Part shown: piece by piece, positions 39,325 through 49,225 of the stretch | Numbering within the stretch: position 1 is the stretch's first letter | Layout: the number at the start of each line of letters is the position of its first letter | Assembly: GCA_035490535.1 (NCBI GenBank) | Contig: DATHCP010000010.1 | Coordinates: forward strand, 1,088-65,087 | Origin: Actinomycetota bacterium | GTDB taxonomy: Bacteria; Actinomycetota; UBA4738; HRBIN12 | Reading direction: 5' to 3' | DNA: 64,000 nucleotides | The notes under the pieces: model-generated | What the model was told of the DNA's origin: nothing | Database searches by the model: none | What the model saw: the letters and a program-made list of their open reading frames with translations, nothing else | Position numbers and translations under genes: made by a program

Positions 39325-40874
39325 GGCGCCTCCTCGCGTTCGTCGCGTCGCTTGCCCTAGCGATCGGCTCGCAGATGCTGTTCCTCTCGCCGGCACAGGC
39401 GACGGGCCCGGCGATCCTGGGCGCCGGTTCGACCTGGTCACAGATCGCGATCGACCAGTGGCGGGCCGACGTGTACCGCTTCGGCCTCCAGGTCAACTAC
39501 CAGGGGGTCGGCTCGACGACGGGCCGCCAGTTCTTCGCCGCGGGGACCGTGGACTTCGCTGCCTCCGAGATCCCGTTCCAGGTTCCGCCCGACCCCCCGG
39601 TGCAGCGCTCCTACGTGTACCTCCCCGACGTCGCTGGCGGGACGTCGATGATGTACAACCTCACAGCGCCGTCGGGGCAGCAGATCCGCGACCTCCGTCT
39701 CACGCCTCCCACGATCGCCGCCATCTTCACCGGCAAGATCACGAATTGGTCCGACCATCGGATCGAGGCGGACTACGGCAAGCCGTTGCCGAACCTCCCG
39801 ATCAAGGTGCTGGTGCGCTCCGACGGCTCCGGCACATCCGCGCAGTTCTCGGCCTTCATCAACGCCGTCGACGGGTCCGCCTGGCGCGCGTTCCTGAGCG
39901 GGTGCCACCAGGCCTACCAGCCGTACACCTCGTTCTGGCCCTACGGCCAGCCCGGCTGCTTGCAGAGCGGCATCGGCCAGCGCGGGTCCGACGGCATCGC
40001 GAACTACATCGCGAACCCGGGCCTCGGGAACGGGGCGATCGGCTACCTGGAGGCGGCGTACGCGGTGAGCCGCAACTTCCCCGTCGTTGCCGTGAAGAAC
40101 CACAGCGGCAACTTCACGCTCCCCACCGCGGCGAACGTCGCGATCGCGCTGCAGCACGCGAAACTCCACAGCGACTCGACCCAGGACCTTTCGGACGTCT
40201 ACAGCGCCCCGGAGCGGTGGGCCTACCCGATCTCGTCGTACTCCTACCTGATCGTCCCGACGGACAGCAGCATCTCGACGGACAAGGGATCGGTGTTGGG
40301 GCAGTTCATCCTCTACCTCGCGTGCACGGGGCAGCAGGCCGCCGCGCGCCTCGGCTACTCGCCGATGCCCAAGGAGCTGGTCCAGTTCGCCTTCGACGCC
40401 GAACAGAAGATCCCGGGGGCGCCGGCGCCTCCCACCCTGACCGGTGCCGCATGCCCGAACCCGACGCTGACCGGCGCCTTCCAAAGTGAGGGCGGCAACA
40501 ACCTGGTCGGCTCCGTCCCATGGTCGGCATCGACCGGCGGAGGTTCGGCCGGCGGAACCGGCGGGGGCTCGACCGGATCGGGCGTCCCCGGCTCCGGAGG
40601 CACCGGATCGACGAACGGATCGGGCGGGACGACCGGCGGGTCCGGATCCGGCGCCGGCACGGCGAGCGGTGGGGTTCCGGGCAGCGACGGGACGATCACG
40701 GCGACGCCGGCCACCCTCAACGATGCCGACCTCGCGAAGCTGAAGAAGCTCGGGGACGAGCAGATCGGCGGGCTCCGGCTCGCGAGCGCCGTTCCGCTGG
40801 CGGCCGTGGCGTTCCTGATCCTGCTGGTCGTCTTCGGGCCCTTCCTGCTGCGCCGCGGCACGCGCGACGGGTAG
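39321..40874 (+). CDS. pstS: phosphate-binding protein PstS, C-terminally membrane-anchored
   Basis: ATGA overlap with pstB; SPase I-type signal peptide (no lipobox Cys); [17 protein letters not shown]; Gly/Ser/Thr-rich linker then [22 protein letters not shown] + RRGTRDG. Confidence 0.85.
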   Translation: MRRLLAFVASLALAIGSQMLFLSPAQATGPAILGAGSTWSQIAIDQWRADVYRFGLQVNYQGVGSTTGRQFFAAGTVDFAASEIPFQVPPDPPVQRSYVYLPDVAGGTSMMYNLTAPSGQQIRDLRLTPPTIAAIFTGKITNWSDHRIEADYGKPLPNLPIKVLVRSDGSGTSAQFSAFINAVDGSAWRAFLSGCHQAYQPYTSFWPYGQPGCLQSGIGQRGSDGIANYIANPGLGNGAIGYLEAAYAVSRNFPVVAVKNHSGNFTLPTAANVAIALQHAKLHSDSTQDLSDVYSAPERWAYPISSYSYLIVPTDSSISTDKGSVLGQFILYLACTGQQAAARLGYSPMPKELVQFAFDAEQKIPGAPAPPTLTGAACPNPTLTGAFQSEGGNNLVGSVPWSASTGGGSAGGTGGGSTGSGVPGSGGTGSTNGSGGTTGGSGSGAGTASGGVPGSDGTITATPATLNDADLAKLKKLGDEQIGGLRLASAVPLAAVAFLILLVVFGPFLLRRGTRDG

Positions 40875-40905
40875 CGGCGCGCCGTCCGGGCCCGGCCGTG
40901 GGAGC

Positions 40906-41190
40906 ATGGGGCCCATGGACGAGCTGGTGCGCATCTATGCCACGGGCGACCCGGTCGCCGCGGAGCTGATGAAGGGCCGTCTGGAGGCCGAGGGGATCTC
41001 CGTGCTGGACAAGGGCGCGGTCGACGCCACGGCCTATCCCACCGGGGCGAGCTACCTGTGGGTGCGCGCCGGAGACGAGGCCCGGGCGAAGGCCGTCGTC
41101 GACGCGGTGGAGTCCGGCGCGTTCGCGGTGACCGACGACGACGTCGAGGACCTCCAGGAAGACGCGACCCGCGGCGACCCCGCCGGCTGA
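40906..41190 (+). CDS. DUF2007-like small protein (putative signal-transducing)
   Basis: LVRIYATGDPVAAELMKGRLEAEGI pattern typical of DUF2007. Confidence 0.45.
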   Translation: MGPMDELVRIYATGDPVAAELMKGRLEAEGISVLDKGAVDATAYPTGASYLWVRAGDEARAKAVVDAVESGAFAVTDDDVEDLQEDATRGDPAG

Positions 41191-42585
41191 TCAGCGGTCC
41201 TCGGACCAGGTGGTCCAGCCCTCCGCGTCGTAGGTCGGCAGTCGCACGGCGACCGGAACCGGCGCGCTCGGCGGTGGTCCGGCGTCGGATGGCGACGGGT
41301 CACGGCGACGCCGGAGCCGCTCGAGCGTCGCGACCGAGGCGACGCCCCGCAGCGGAGCCCACCGCGTCGACGGCTCGCGCCGAGCCCAGGTGATCGTCCA
41401 TCCCCCGCTCCTGGACCCCCGCTGAAACGACGTCCGCTGCGTGACCGTCCCGATCATCGCGATCGCGACGCCGATCGCGAGCGCATCCAGCGGCGGGCCG
41501 GACGCGGGGAGGGTCGGGGTCGAGGTCACCTCCGCCGAAGGCGTCAGCAGCCGATCGATCGAATCGAGGGTCCAGCCCCTGCCAACGATCGGTGGCGGAG
41601 CCTTCTCCTCGGGATGCTTCGCGTGCTCCGTGAGCCGGGACTCCGCCATCCGGAGCCAGCCGATCAGCGCCTCCATCGGGTCGACCGCCTCGCCGTCGGC
41701 CGTGAAGTAGCAGAAGTGCACGTGCGGGACGCTGGCGTCGCCGCTGGCGCCGCAGTAGCCGATCACCGTGCCGATGCCGACCTCCGTCCCGTCGGCCAAC
41801 CCCGGGACGTAGGACTTCAGGTGCGCGTAGTACCAGAACGAGCCGTCGTCCCGGACGAGCTCGACCGTGCGGCCGCCCAGCGCGTTCTCCCCGTAGCGGA
41901 GCGTGCCCTTGTCCACCGCGAGGAGCGGCGCGCCGTAGCTGCACAGCACGTCCTGGCCGTGGTGCGGGTGGTAGCCGCCTGTCCATCGTGGCGCGCCCCA
42001 CGTGTCGGACCATGTCGCCGGCCCCTCCACGACGAACGGGGCGTAGATCGTCCGGGCGATCTTCTCCTCGCTCCAGCCCTTGGCACGCAGCACCGCGGCC
42101 GCCGCATCCAGGGGAGCGGTCCCGTAGGTTCCCCAACGGGGATCCGGTTCCCATCCCCGCCACGACCTGCGGTGCCCGCGGTGCGTGCGGCCGTCCGCGT
42201 TCACGAGCATCCGTCGCACGCGCGGAGGCACAGGGTGGCTCGCCGGCGGCAGGGCCTCGGGGACCGTCGGCACGGCCGTCGGCGACGGGCCGGGCAGCGG
42301 CACGAGCGTCGGCGCCGGCGTTCCGGTCGGAGACGGAACGTCGCTCGGCGATGCCTCGGGACTGCTCGGCTCCTCGGTTGGGACGGGGTCAACCGTCGGA
42401 GACGGGTCCCCGGTCGGGGACGGATCGGGTGGGAGCGTCGGGCTCTCCGTCGGGGTCGGCGCGTCTGACGGGGGTGCCTCCTGCGCGATCGCCGACGGCG
42501 CCGAACGCCACAGCGGCTGGGCCAGGAACAACGTCACGAGCACGACGAGCGTCGCCGGCCACCAGGTCCCTCCCCTGTGACGCAT
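41191..42585 (-). CDS. M23 family metallopeptidase with Pro-rich N-terminal region
   Basis: Signal peptide; PT/PS-rich segment; HPHHGQD and SVPHVHF (HxH) Zn motifs. Confidence 0.65.
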   Translation of the reverse strand: MRHRGGTWWPATLVVLVTLFLAQPLWRSAPSAIAQEAPPSDAPTPTESPTLPPDPSPTGDPSPTVDPVPTEEPSSPEASPSDVPSPTGTPAPTLVPLPGPSPTAVPTVPEALPPASHPVPPRVRRMLVNADGRTHRGHRRSWRGWEPDPRWGTYGTAPLDAAAAVLRAKGWSEEKIARTIYAPFVVEGPATWSDTWGAPRWTGGYHPHHGQDVLCSYGAPLLAVDKGTLRYGENALGGRTVELVRDDGSFWYYAHLKSYVPGLADGTEVGIGTVIGYCGASGDASVPHVHFCYFTADGEAVDPMEALIGWLRMAESRLTEHAKHPEEKAPPPIVGRGWTLDSIDRLLTPSAEVTSTPTLPASGPPLDALAIGVAIAMIGTVTQRTSFQRGSRSGGWTITWARREPSTRWAPLRGVASVATLERLRRRRDPSPSDAGPPPSAPVPVAVRLPTYDAEGWTTWSEDR

Positions 42586-42678
42586 CCCGCGTCAGGCTCT
42601 CCTCCGCCGGCGAACGCGCGGCGAACGACGCCTGAATGCGCCGCGGCCGTTCGCGGCGCGGAGGTTACGGAGCGGGGC

Positions 42679-43074
42679 CTAGCGCTTGGAGTACTGCGGC
42701 GCCTTGCGGGCTTTCTTCAGCCCGTACTTGCGGCGCTCCTTCTCGCGCGCGTCGCGCGTGAGGTAGCCCTCCGCCTTCAGCTGCGCCCGGAGCTCGGGGT
42801 CGAGCTCGATCAGCGCCCGGGCGACGCCGAGCTTCACGGCTCCGGCCTGCCCGGCCACGCCGCCGCCGTCGATCGTGGCGACCACGTCGTAGTCACGCTC
42901 CCGGCCGACGAGGCGAAGCGGCGCCTGCGCCACCATGCGGTGCACGCGCGTGGGGAAGTAGTCCTCGAGCGAACGGCCGTTCACGGTGAAGCCGCCCTCG
43001 CCCGGCGTGAGCCGGACCCGGGCGACCGACTCCTTGCGGCGGCCGGTCGCGATCTTCGCTGACGTCGCTGGCAC
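42679..43074 (-). CDS. rpsI: 30S ribosomal protein S9
   Basis: ...[19 protein letters not shown]...[17 protein letters not shown]. Confidence 0.93.
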   Translation of the reverse strand: MPATSAKIATGRRKESVARVRLTPGEGGFTVNGRSLEDYFPTRVHRMVAQAPLRLVGRERDYDVVATIDGGGVAGQAGAVKLGVARALIELDPELRAQLKAEGYLTRDAREKERRKYGLKKARKAPQYSKR

Positions 43075-43081
43075 GGTTCGG

Positions 43082-43846
43082 CTACTCCTCGTCCTTCGCG
43101 GCCGCCTTGCGGGCCGTCGTCTTCTTGGCGGTGGTCTTCTTCGCCGTCGGCTTCTTCGCTGCCGACTTCGCGGTCGTCGCCTTCGCGGTCGTCGCCTTCG
43201 CGGTGGTCTTGCGCGCGGCCGGCTTCTTGGCCGCGCTGGGCTTCTTCGCGGCCGTGGGCTTCTTCGCGGCGGTCTTCTTCGGTGCCGTCTCCGCGGCGGG
43301 CGCCTCCGGCTTCGGGGCCGGTTCCGCGGTGGGCCGCTTCGCCGCGGGCTTCGCCTTCGGCGGCGCGGTCGGGGTCGGGGCGGTGGAGGCCGGCAGGCCC
43401 GTCCAGGCGGGACGCTCCCCGACCGTCAGCGGCGTCGGCTTCTGGGCGGCGTGCGGGTGCTCGGGCCCGGCGACGATGTGGAGCTTCTTGATCATCTGGC
43501 GGCCGAGCCGGTTCTTCGGCAGCATGCCCCGCACGGCCTTCTCGACCGCAGCGATCGGGCGCGTGGCCATCAGGTCGCCGTACTTCACGCCGGTGATGCC
43601 GCCCGGGTGCCCGGAGTGGCGCCAGGCGATCTTGTCCTCGAGCTTCTTGCCCGTCAGCTCGACCTTGTCGGCGTTGACGACGATCACGTGGTCGCCGGTG
43701 TCCATGTGCGGCGCGAACATCGGCTTGTGCTTGCCCCGCAACAGGGTTGCGACCTCGGAGGCGAGCCGGCCCAGCACCTGGCCGCTGGCGTCGACGACGT
43801 ACCAGCGGCGTTCGATGTGCTCAGGCTTGGGCGAGTAGGTCTTCAT
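43082..43846 (-). CDS. rplM: 50S ribosomal protein L13 with ~110-aa Lys/Ala/Pro/Thr-rich C-terminal extension
   Basis: [30 protein letters not shown]... core, then [14 protein letters not shown]...[29 protein letters not shown]... tail. Confidence 0.9.
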   Translation of the reverse strand: MKTYSPKPEHIERRWYVVDASGQVLGRLASEVATLLRGKHKPMFAPHMDTGDHVIVVNADKVELTGKKLEDKIAWRHSGHPGGITGVKYGDLMATRPIAAVEKAVRGMLPKNRLGRQMIKKLHIVAGPEHPHAAQKPTPLTVGERPAWTGLPASTAPTPTAPPKAKPAAKRPTAEPAPKPEAPAAETAPKKTAAKKPTAAKKPSAAKKPAARKTTAKATTAKATTAKSAAKKPTAKKTTAKKTTARKAAAKDEE

Positions 43847-43918
43847 CCGAAAAGATGTCGGCCCGGACGGGCCGACCAGCGACCCAGGCTACCTGCGGGA
43901 ACGCCGCATCGTCAAAGC

Positions 43919-44299
43919 TCAGCCGCCCTGCATCGCCTCCATGTTGGCGCGGATCACCTCGACCGTCCGCTCGATGTCCGCGGTGGGGCTGAACTGCACG
44001 ATCTCGGTGCCGGCCACCCACGTCGGCGTGTGGCCGGGCGCGATGTAGAAGGCGTCCCCCGCCCCGTAGACCTCTTCCCGGTCGCCGACATGCATCGTCA
44101 GGGAACCCTTGACGACGTAGCCCCAATGCGGGCTCTGGCACCGGTCGTCGGGCAGCCCCACGAGCAACGGGGCGAGATCGCCGTCCTGCACGAACGAAAG
44201 GAAGTCGACCTGGTAGCCGCCCAGGTCCTCGTGGCGGTTCTCGCCCATCGGCCCCATCTGCTCGACCGTGCTCGCGCTGTCCTTCGACGCCTTCGGCAT
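43919..44299 (-). CDS. cupin-domain protein
   Basis: HWGYVVKGSLTMHVGDREEVYGAGDAFYIAPGH cupin motifs. Confidence 0.5.
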   Translation of the reverse strand: MPKASKDSASTVEQMGPMGENRHEDLGGYQVDFLSFVQDGDLAPLLVGLPDDRCQSPHWGYVVKGSLTMHVGDREEVYGAGDAFYIAPGHTPTWVAGTEIVQFSPTADIERTVEVIRANMEAMQGG

Positions 44300-44450
44300 G
44301 CGGTTCTCCCCTCCTCGGATCCCGCCGCATCCTACGCCAGCCCCGGTGGAGGGTCGGCCCCTCGGAACCGGGCCGGTCGGCCCCCTCCCCCGGCCGGTGC
44401 GCGGCCCATGCTCGACCCAGGGAGCGACGACCGCTCGCGAGGAGGTGGGG

Positions 44451-44879
44451 ATGGTGGCCGAGCCGGCGACGATCACGCAGGAGGGGACCGTTTCCCTCGT
44501 GCTGTTCTCGGGGACCGACGACCGGCTCCACGCGGCATCGGTCCTGGCGGTCGGGGCCGCGGCGCTCGGACGGAAGGTGAACATCTTCCTGCAGTACTGG
44601 GCGCTCGACGCGTTCCGGGCCGACCGGATCTGGAAGGACCACGGCGTCTCGCCCGAGGCCGGGCCCGAGGGAGCCGCCGCGATGGCGGCGCACGACGGCC
44701 CGCACTGGAGCGAGCTGCTGGGCCAGGCCAAGGTGATCGGTGACGTGACGATCTACGCGTGCGCCGACTCGATGGCGATGTTCGGCATCACGTCGGACGA
44801 CCTCGATCCGGTCGTGGACGGCGTCTGGGGCGTGGCGGCGTTCTTCGCCGAGGTCGACGGCCCCGTGACGTTCATCTGA
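44451..44879 (+). CDS. DsrE/DsrF-like sulfur-relay family protein
   Basis: GAGGAGG RBS; VSLVLFSGTDDRLHAASVLAVGAAALG...IYACADSMAMFG (conserved Cys). Confidence 0.55.
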   Translation: MVAEPATITQEGTVSLVLFSGTDDRLHAASVLAVGAAALGRKVNIFLQYWALDAFRADRIWKDHGVSPEAGPEGAAAMAAHDGPHWSELLGQAKVIGDVTIYACADSMAMFGITSDDLDPVVDGVWGVAAFFAEVDGPVTFI

Positions 44880-44893
44880 GGAGGTCGAGCACG

Positions 44894-45127
44894 ATGGCGA
44901 CGAGCACGAAGGAGATCGATGCACGGGGGATGCCCTGCCCGGGACCCCTGATGAGCCTGATCGGTGAGATCCGGCAGGCACAGGTGGGCGACGTGATCGA
45001 GGTCCTGTCCAGCGACGAGGGCTCGACGGCCGACATCCCGGCGTGGGTCGCCAAGGCCGGCCACGAGCTCGTGGAGGTCGTCCCCGAGGACGGCTACGCG
45101 CGGTTCGTGGTCCGCAAGGCGCGGTGA
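44894..45127 (+). CDS. tusA: TusA-like sulfurtransferase
   Basis: IDARGMPCPGPL CPxP motif; 77 aa. Confidence 0.75.
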   Translation: MATSTKEIDARGMPCPGPLMSLIGEIRQAQVGDVIEVLSSDEGSTADIPAWVAKAGHELVEVVPEDGYARFVVRKAR

Positions 45128-45132
45128 TCGCG

Positions 45133-46299
45133 ATGCCGGCGCGGATCGTGGTGCTGGGCGGCGGCGTCGGCGGAACGCTCGTCGCCAACCTGCTGGACAA
45201 GCGTCTCGGGAAGGACGCGGCGATCACCGTGGTCGACCCGACGGGGATGCACGACTACCAGCCCGGATACCTGTACCTGGCGCTCGGACAGGCCAACGGC
45301 CACTGGCTCTCGCGCGACGAGCGCACGCTGCTGCGATCGGGCGTGGACCTGGCCGTGGAGGAGGCGGTCGCGATCCGTCCCGAGGAGGGGACGGTCCGGC
45401 TGCGACGGGGCGGAGCGCTCCCGTGGGACTTCCTGGTGATCGCGACCGGCGCGCGGCTGGTTGCCGACGAGATCCCGGGCTTCGCCGGCGCGTACGGCTT
45501 CTATTCGCTGGAGGACGCCGAGCGGCTCCGCGCGGCGCTGCGGCGCTTCGACGGCGGCCGCGTCGTGATCGGCGTGGCCGGCATCCCGTACAAGTGCCCG
45601 CCGGCGCCGGTCGAGTTCGCGATGCTCCTGGAGCAGCAGCTGCGCGACCGCGGGATCCGCGACCGGAGCGAGATCGTGCTCGCGTCCCCGTTGAACCGTG
45701 CGTTCACGATCGAGAGCGCGTCCTCCCTGATCCAGCCGATCATGAAGGAGCGCGACATCGCGCTGGAGACCTTCTTCAACGTGGAGTCGGTCGATCCCTC
45801 GGCCGGCACGGTCCATTCGCTGGAGGGCGAGGACCTGGCCTACGACCTGCTCGTGCTCGTGCCGCCGCACCGCGGCCAGCAGGTGATCAGCGACTCGAAC
45901 CTCGGCGACACGGGCGGCTGGATCCCGACGAACCGCGAGACCCTGAACGCCGGCGGCCACGAGCGGATCTTCGCGCTCGGCGACGCCACCGACCTTCCGA
46001 TCTCGAAGTCGGGATCGACCGCGCACTTCGAGGCGCCGGTGATCGCCAGCCGGATCGCCTCGCTGGTCCGGGGCACGGCGCCCGAGGAGAACTACGGCGG
46101 GCGGGTGATGTGCTTCCTGGAGACCGGCGGCGGGAAGGCGACGGTGCTGCGGTTCGACTACGAGCATCCGCCGGTCCCGCCCGAGCCGAACCGCGCGTGG
46201 CACATGGCGAAGTGGATCTTCAACCGGGCCTACTGGGAGACGGTGCCGCAGGGGCGGCTCCCCGACCGCGCGCCCGGCACGATGCCGAAGGGGGCGTGA
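45133..46299 (+). CDS. sqr: sulfide:quinone oxidoreductase-like flavoprotein
   Basis: IVVLGGGVGG FAD motif; GIPYKCPPAPVEF redox Cys; second Cys GRVMCFLETGGG. Confidence 0.65.
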   Translation: MPARIVVLGGGVGGTLVANLLDKRLGKDAAITVVDPTGMHDYQPGYLYLALGQANGHWLSRDERTLLRSGVDLAVEEAVAIRPEEGTVRLRRGGALPWDFLVIATGARLVADEIPGFAGAYGFYSLEDAERLRAALRRFDGGRVVIGVAGIPYKCPPAPVEFAMLLEQQLRDRGIRDRSEIVLASPLNRAFTIESASSLIQPIMKERDIALETFFNVESVDPSAGTVHSLEGEDLAYDLLVLVPPHRGQQVISDSNLGDTGGWIPTNRETLNAGGHERIFALGDATDLPISKSGSTAHFEAPVIASRIASLVRGTAPEENYGGRVMCFLETGGGKATVLRFDYEHPPVPPEPNRAWHMAKWIFNRAYWETVPQGRLPDRAPGTMPKGA

Positions 46300-46300
46300 G

Positions 46301-46534
46301 ATGGAGACGACGATCGATCGGACGCTCGACGCGAAGGGCCTGTCCTGCCCGATGCCGATCGCGAAGACCGCGATCGCGATGCGGCAGCTCGCTCCGGGCG
46401 AGGTGCTGGAGCTGCTGGCCACCGATCCGGGGTCGGTGCCGGACGTGACGGCCTGGTGCGGGAGCACCGGGAACGAACTGCTCGAGCAGACCGAGGACGC
46501 GGGCGTGTTCCGCTTCCTGATCCGGAAGGCGTGA
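46301..46534 (+). CDS. tusA: TusA-like sulfurtransferase (second copy)
   Basis: LDAKGLSCPMPI CPxP motif; 77 aa. Confidence 0.75.
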   Translation: METTIDRTLDAKGLSCPMPIAKTAIAMRQLAPGEVLELLATDPGSVPDVTAWCGSTGNELLEQTEDAGVFRFLIRKA

Positions 46535-46539
46535 GGACG

Positions 46540-47115
46540 ATGACGACCGGCACGACCGAGACGACGGAACCGACCGTGGACGTGGAGGCGGCGATCGAGG
46601 AGCTGCGCGCCGAGATCGCGGCCCACGAACGCGGCAGCGCGACCCACACGAAGATGGTGATCTTCGCCTGGAGCGGCGACCTGGACCGGATCTGGCCGAC
46701 GTTCATCCTGGCGACGACCGCCGCCGCGATGGGCATGGCCACCACGGTGTTCTTCACGTTCTGGGGGCTCTTCCCGCTGGTGAAGAACGACGTGCGGATC
46801 ACCGGCGAGAACTGGATGCAGCGGATGATGTCGGCGATGAACCGGGGCGGCACCGAGCACCTCGGATTGTCGAAGATGAACTTCGCGGGCATGGGGCCGG
46901 CGATGATGAAGAAGCTCGCCGAAGAGCACCACGTGGCCTCGCCGCAGGAGCTGCTCGAGGTCGCGCGCGACCTCGGGGTCGAGCTGATCCCGTGCCAGAT
47001 GACGATGGACCTGCTGGGCCTGACGACCGATGACCTGATCGACGGCCTCGCCGAGCCGGCCGGCGCCGCGACCGCCCTGGCCGAGGCGCAGGACGCGCTG
47101 ACGCTGTTCATCTGA
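46540..47115 (+). CDS. DsrE/DsrF-like family protein (second copy, divergent)
   Basis: KMVIFAWSGDLDRIWPTFILATTAAAMG...ELIPCQMTMDLLGL. Confidence 0.45.
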   Translation: MTTGTTETTEPTVDVEAAIEELRAEIAAHERGSATHTKMVIFAWSGDLDRIWPTFILATTAAAMGMATTVFFTFWGLFPLVKNDVRITGENWMQRMMSAMNRGGTEHLGLSKMNFAGMGPAMMKKLAEEHHVASPQELLEVARDLGVELIPCQMTMDLLGLTTDDLIDGLAEPAGAATALAEAQDALTLFI

Positions 47116-47221
47116 GGTTCGGAGCTGCCCCCACGGACAGGTACGCCCTGCCCGCGGGGGCAGGCGACGCTCGCCCCTGGGTGCCTTGCGACCGAGGCGG
47201 GCGAACTCGCATCATCGACGC

Positions 47222-49225
47222 ATGCGACGCACCCGCACCGCGGCGGCGATCCTCGGCCCGATCCTCGTCGCCTCGATCGTGCTCGGCCCCGTGCCCGGCC
47301 GTTCGGCCACCGCGACCGGCTGGAGCATCGTGGCGGGGCCGAACACGTTCGGGCAGTGGGTGTTCCAGGACGTGGCGGCCGTCGGAGCGAGCGACGTCTG
47401 GGCCGTCGGCGTCCGCGGCGGGAACACCGGGACCCTCGCCGAGCACTGGGACGGCTCGTCGTGGACGGTCTCCTCGACGCTCGACCCCGACGCGCTCGGC
47501 GACCGGCTGCACGGCGTGGCGGCGGCCGACGCGACCCACGTCTGGGCGGTCGGCGTCGGGCTCACGATGTCCGGCGGCGTTCCCCTGATCGAGCGATGGA
47601 ACGGGACGGATTGGAGCCAGGACGCGGCGCCCGGCGACGGAACGCTCTGGGGCGTGGGCGCCCTGTCCGCGACCGACGCCTGGGCGGTCGGCTCGACCAT
47701 GGCGGGGACCACGCTGATCGAGCGCTGGAACGGCAGTTCGTGGAGCATCGTTCCGAGCGCCGATCCCTCGACGAACGACATCCTGTACGCCGTCGCCCCG
47801 ATCTCGGGGACCGACGTGTGGGCGGTCGGGCGCTCCGACGCGGGCACGCTCCTGGAGCACTGGAACGGCTCGGCGTGGACCGCGAGCACGGTCGGCGGCG
47901 GATCCCTCACCGGGATCGCGGCGTTCGCGACCGATGACGTGTGGGCGGTGGGCCACGGCCTGGCGACCCACTGGGACGGCTCGACCTGGACCGCCGCCAG
48001 CCTGCCCGTGCCGGCGGACGGCACCGTCGATCTGGCCGGCGTCGCAGGATCGGGCCCGCACGACGTCTGGGCGGTCGGCGCCTCCGGTGCCGAGACCCTG
48101 ATCGAGCACTGGGACGGCGCGGACTGGTCGGTCGTGCCGAGCCCGAACCCGACGTCGCCCCCACCGAACGGCGGAGCGTCCTTCACGGGGGTGGCCTCGG
48201 TCTCCGCGACAGACGCGTGGGCCGTGGGCACCGATCCCTGGAGCGAGAACACGCTCGCCGCGCGCTTCGCGGAGGGCGACTTCACCTCCGCGCTCTCGGC
48301 GGCGGGCCCGCTGTCGGTGTACGTCGGCGACGCCTCGAACGTCGTGGCCAACCTGGCGTTCTCGAGCAACGCGTCGGCCGCCGGTGAGACCGTCCACCGC
48401 TCGCGCCACGATCCGAACGGGACGGTGGAGGACCTGGGCGACGCGGTCACGGACGCGTACGGGCACGTGGCGTTCGGTGACGTCGTCGGCGCCAAGGGCA
48501 CGTACACGTACACCGCGACGTTCGACGGCCAAGGGATCTTCCCGGGGTCGACCGACTCGGTCCAGCTGACCGTGACCGGCCGACCGACCTCGGTGTCGCT
48601 CTCGTCCGGTCGGGGCCGGATCGTGGTCGGGGGCTCGGTGGTGTTCGCCGCCGACCTGAACGGTCCGCCGCCCGGCGCGCCGGTCGCGCTGTTCCGGAAG
48701 ATCTTCGGCCACGGCTGGGCGAAGATCGCGACCGGATCGGCCGGTGCCGGCGGGGCGGTCGCCTTCCGGCTGCGCCCGACGTTGAGCGCGATCTACCAGG
48801 CTCGGTTCGCGGGCGACGCCACCTATGCGGCCTCGAGCAGCGGCACGGTCCACGTCGAGGTCGCGGCGATCGTGCGGATCACCGCGCTCGGCGGCTACGC
48901 GACGAAGGCCGGGGTCCGGCGCTACCACTTCTCCGAAGCGTGCGTGCGCACGCACCGGCAGGACTGCCCCGTGTTCCTGGTGAGCGTGACGCCGAAGCGA
49001 CCGCACGCGGCGGTGACGATCCAACTGTGGGCCTTCGAGCGCAACGCCTGGCGCCCGGTGGGCACCACCACGCCCCACCTGGACGGAACGGGACAGGCGC
49101 TGGTCGCCTTCTTCTACCGCGACGGCTCGGTGATGGGGCTGCCCCTGCGGATCGGCGCCGAGGTGGGCGACAACCTCAGCGGCGACGCGATCTCGCCGTT
49201 CGCGCGGTTCATGATCACGCGCTGA
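47222..49225 (+). CDS. secreted repeat-propeller protein (paralog C) with C-terminal Ig-like region
   Basis: Signal peptide; TLAEHWDGSSWTV...LIERWNGTDWSQ...LIERWNGSSWSIVPS...LLEHWNGSAWTA...LIEHWDGADWSVVPSPNP repeats with ..DVWAVG; then ~300 aa beta-rich region. Confidence 0.7.
   Translation: MRRTRTAAAILGPILVASIVLGPVPGRSATATGWSIVAGPNTFGQWVFQDVAAVGASDVWAVGVRGGNTGTLAEHWDGSSWTVSSTLDPDALGDRLHGVAAADATHVWAVGVGLTMSGGVPLIERWNGTDWSQDAAPGDGTLWGVGALSATDAWAVGSTMAGTTLIERWNGSSWSIVPSADPSTNDILYAVAPISGTDVWAVGRSDAGTLLEHWNGSAWTASTVGGGSLTGIAAFATDDVWAVGHGLATHWDGSTWTAASLPVPADGTVDLAGVAGSGPHDVWAVGASGAETLIEHWDGADWSVVPSPNPTSPPPNGGASFTGVASVSATDAWAVGTDPWSENTLAARFAEGDFTSALSAAGPLSVYVGDASNVVANLAFSSNASAAGETVHRSRHDPNGTVEDLGDAVTDAYGHVAFGDVVGAKGTYTYTATFDGQGIFPGSTDSVQLTVTGRPTSVSLSSGRGRIVVGGSVVFAADLNGPPPGAPVALFRKIFGHGWAKIATGSAGAGGAVAFRLRPTLSAIYQARFAGDATYAASSSGTVHVEVAAIVRITALGGYATKAGVRRYHFSEACVRTHRQDCPVFLVSVTPKRPHAAVTIQLWAFERNAWRPVGTTTPHLDGTGQALVAFFYRDGSVMGLPLRIGAEVGDNLSGDAISPFARFMITR

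Noticed and set aside
49215-49225. 11-nt overlap between the propeller paralog C stop and the lysR stop
   Set aside because: This is a convergent overlap of two well-supported genes. It is not a frameshift or fusion.
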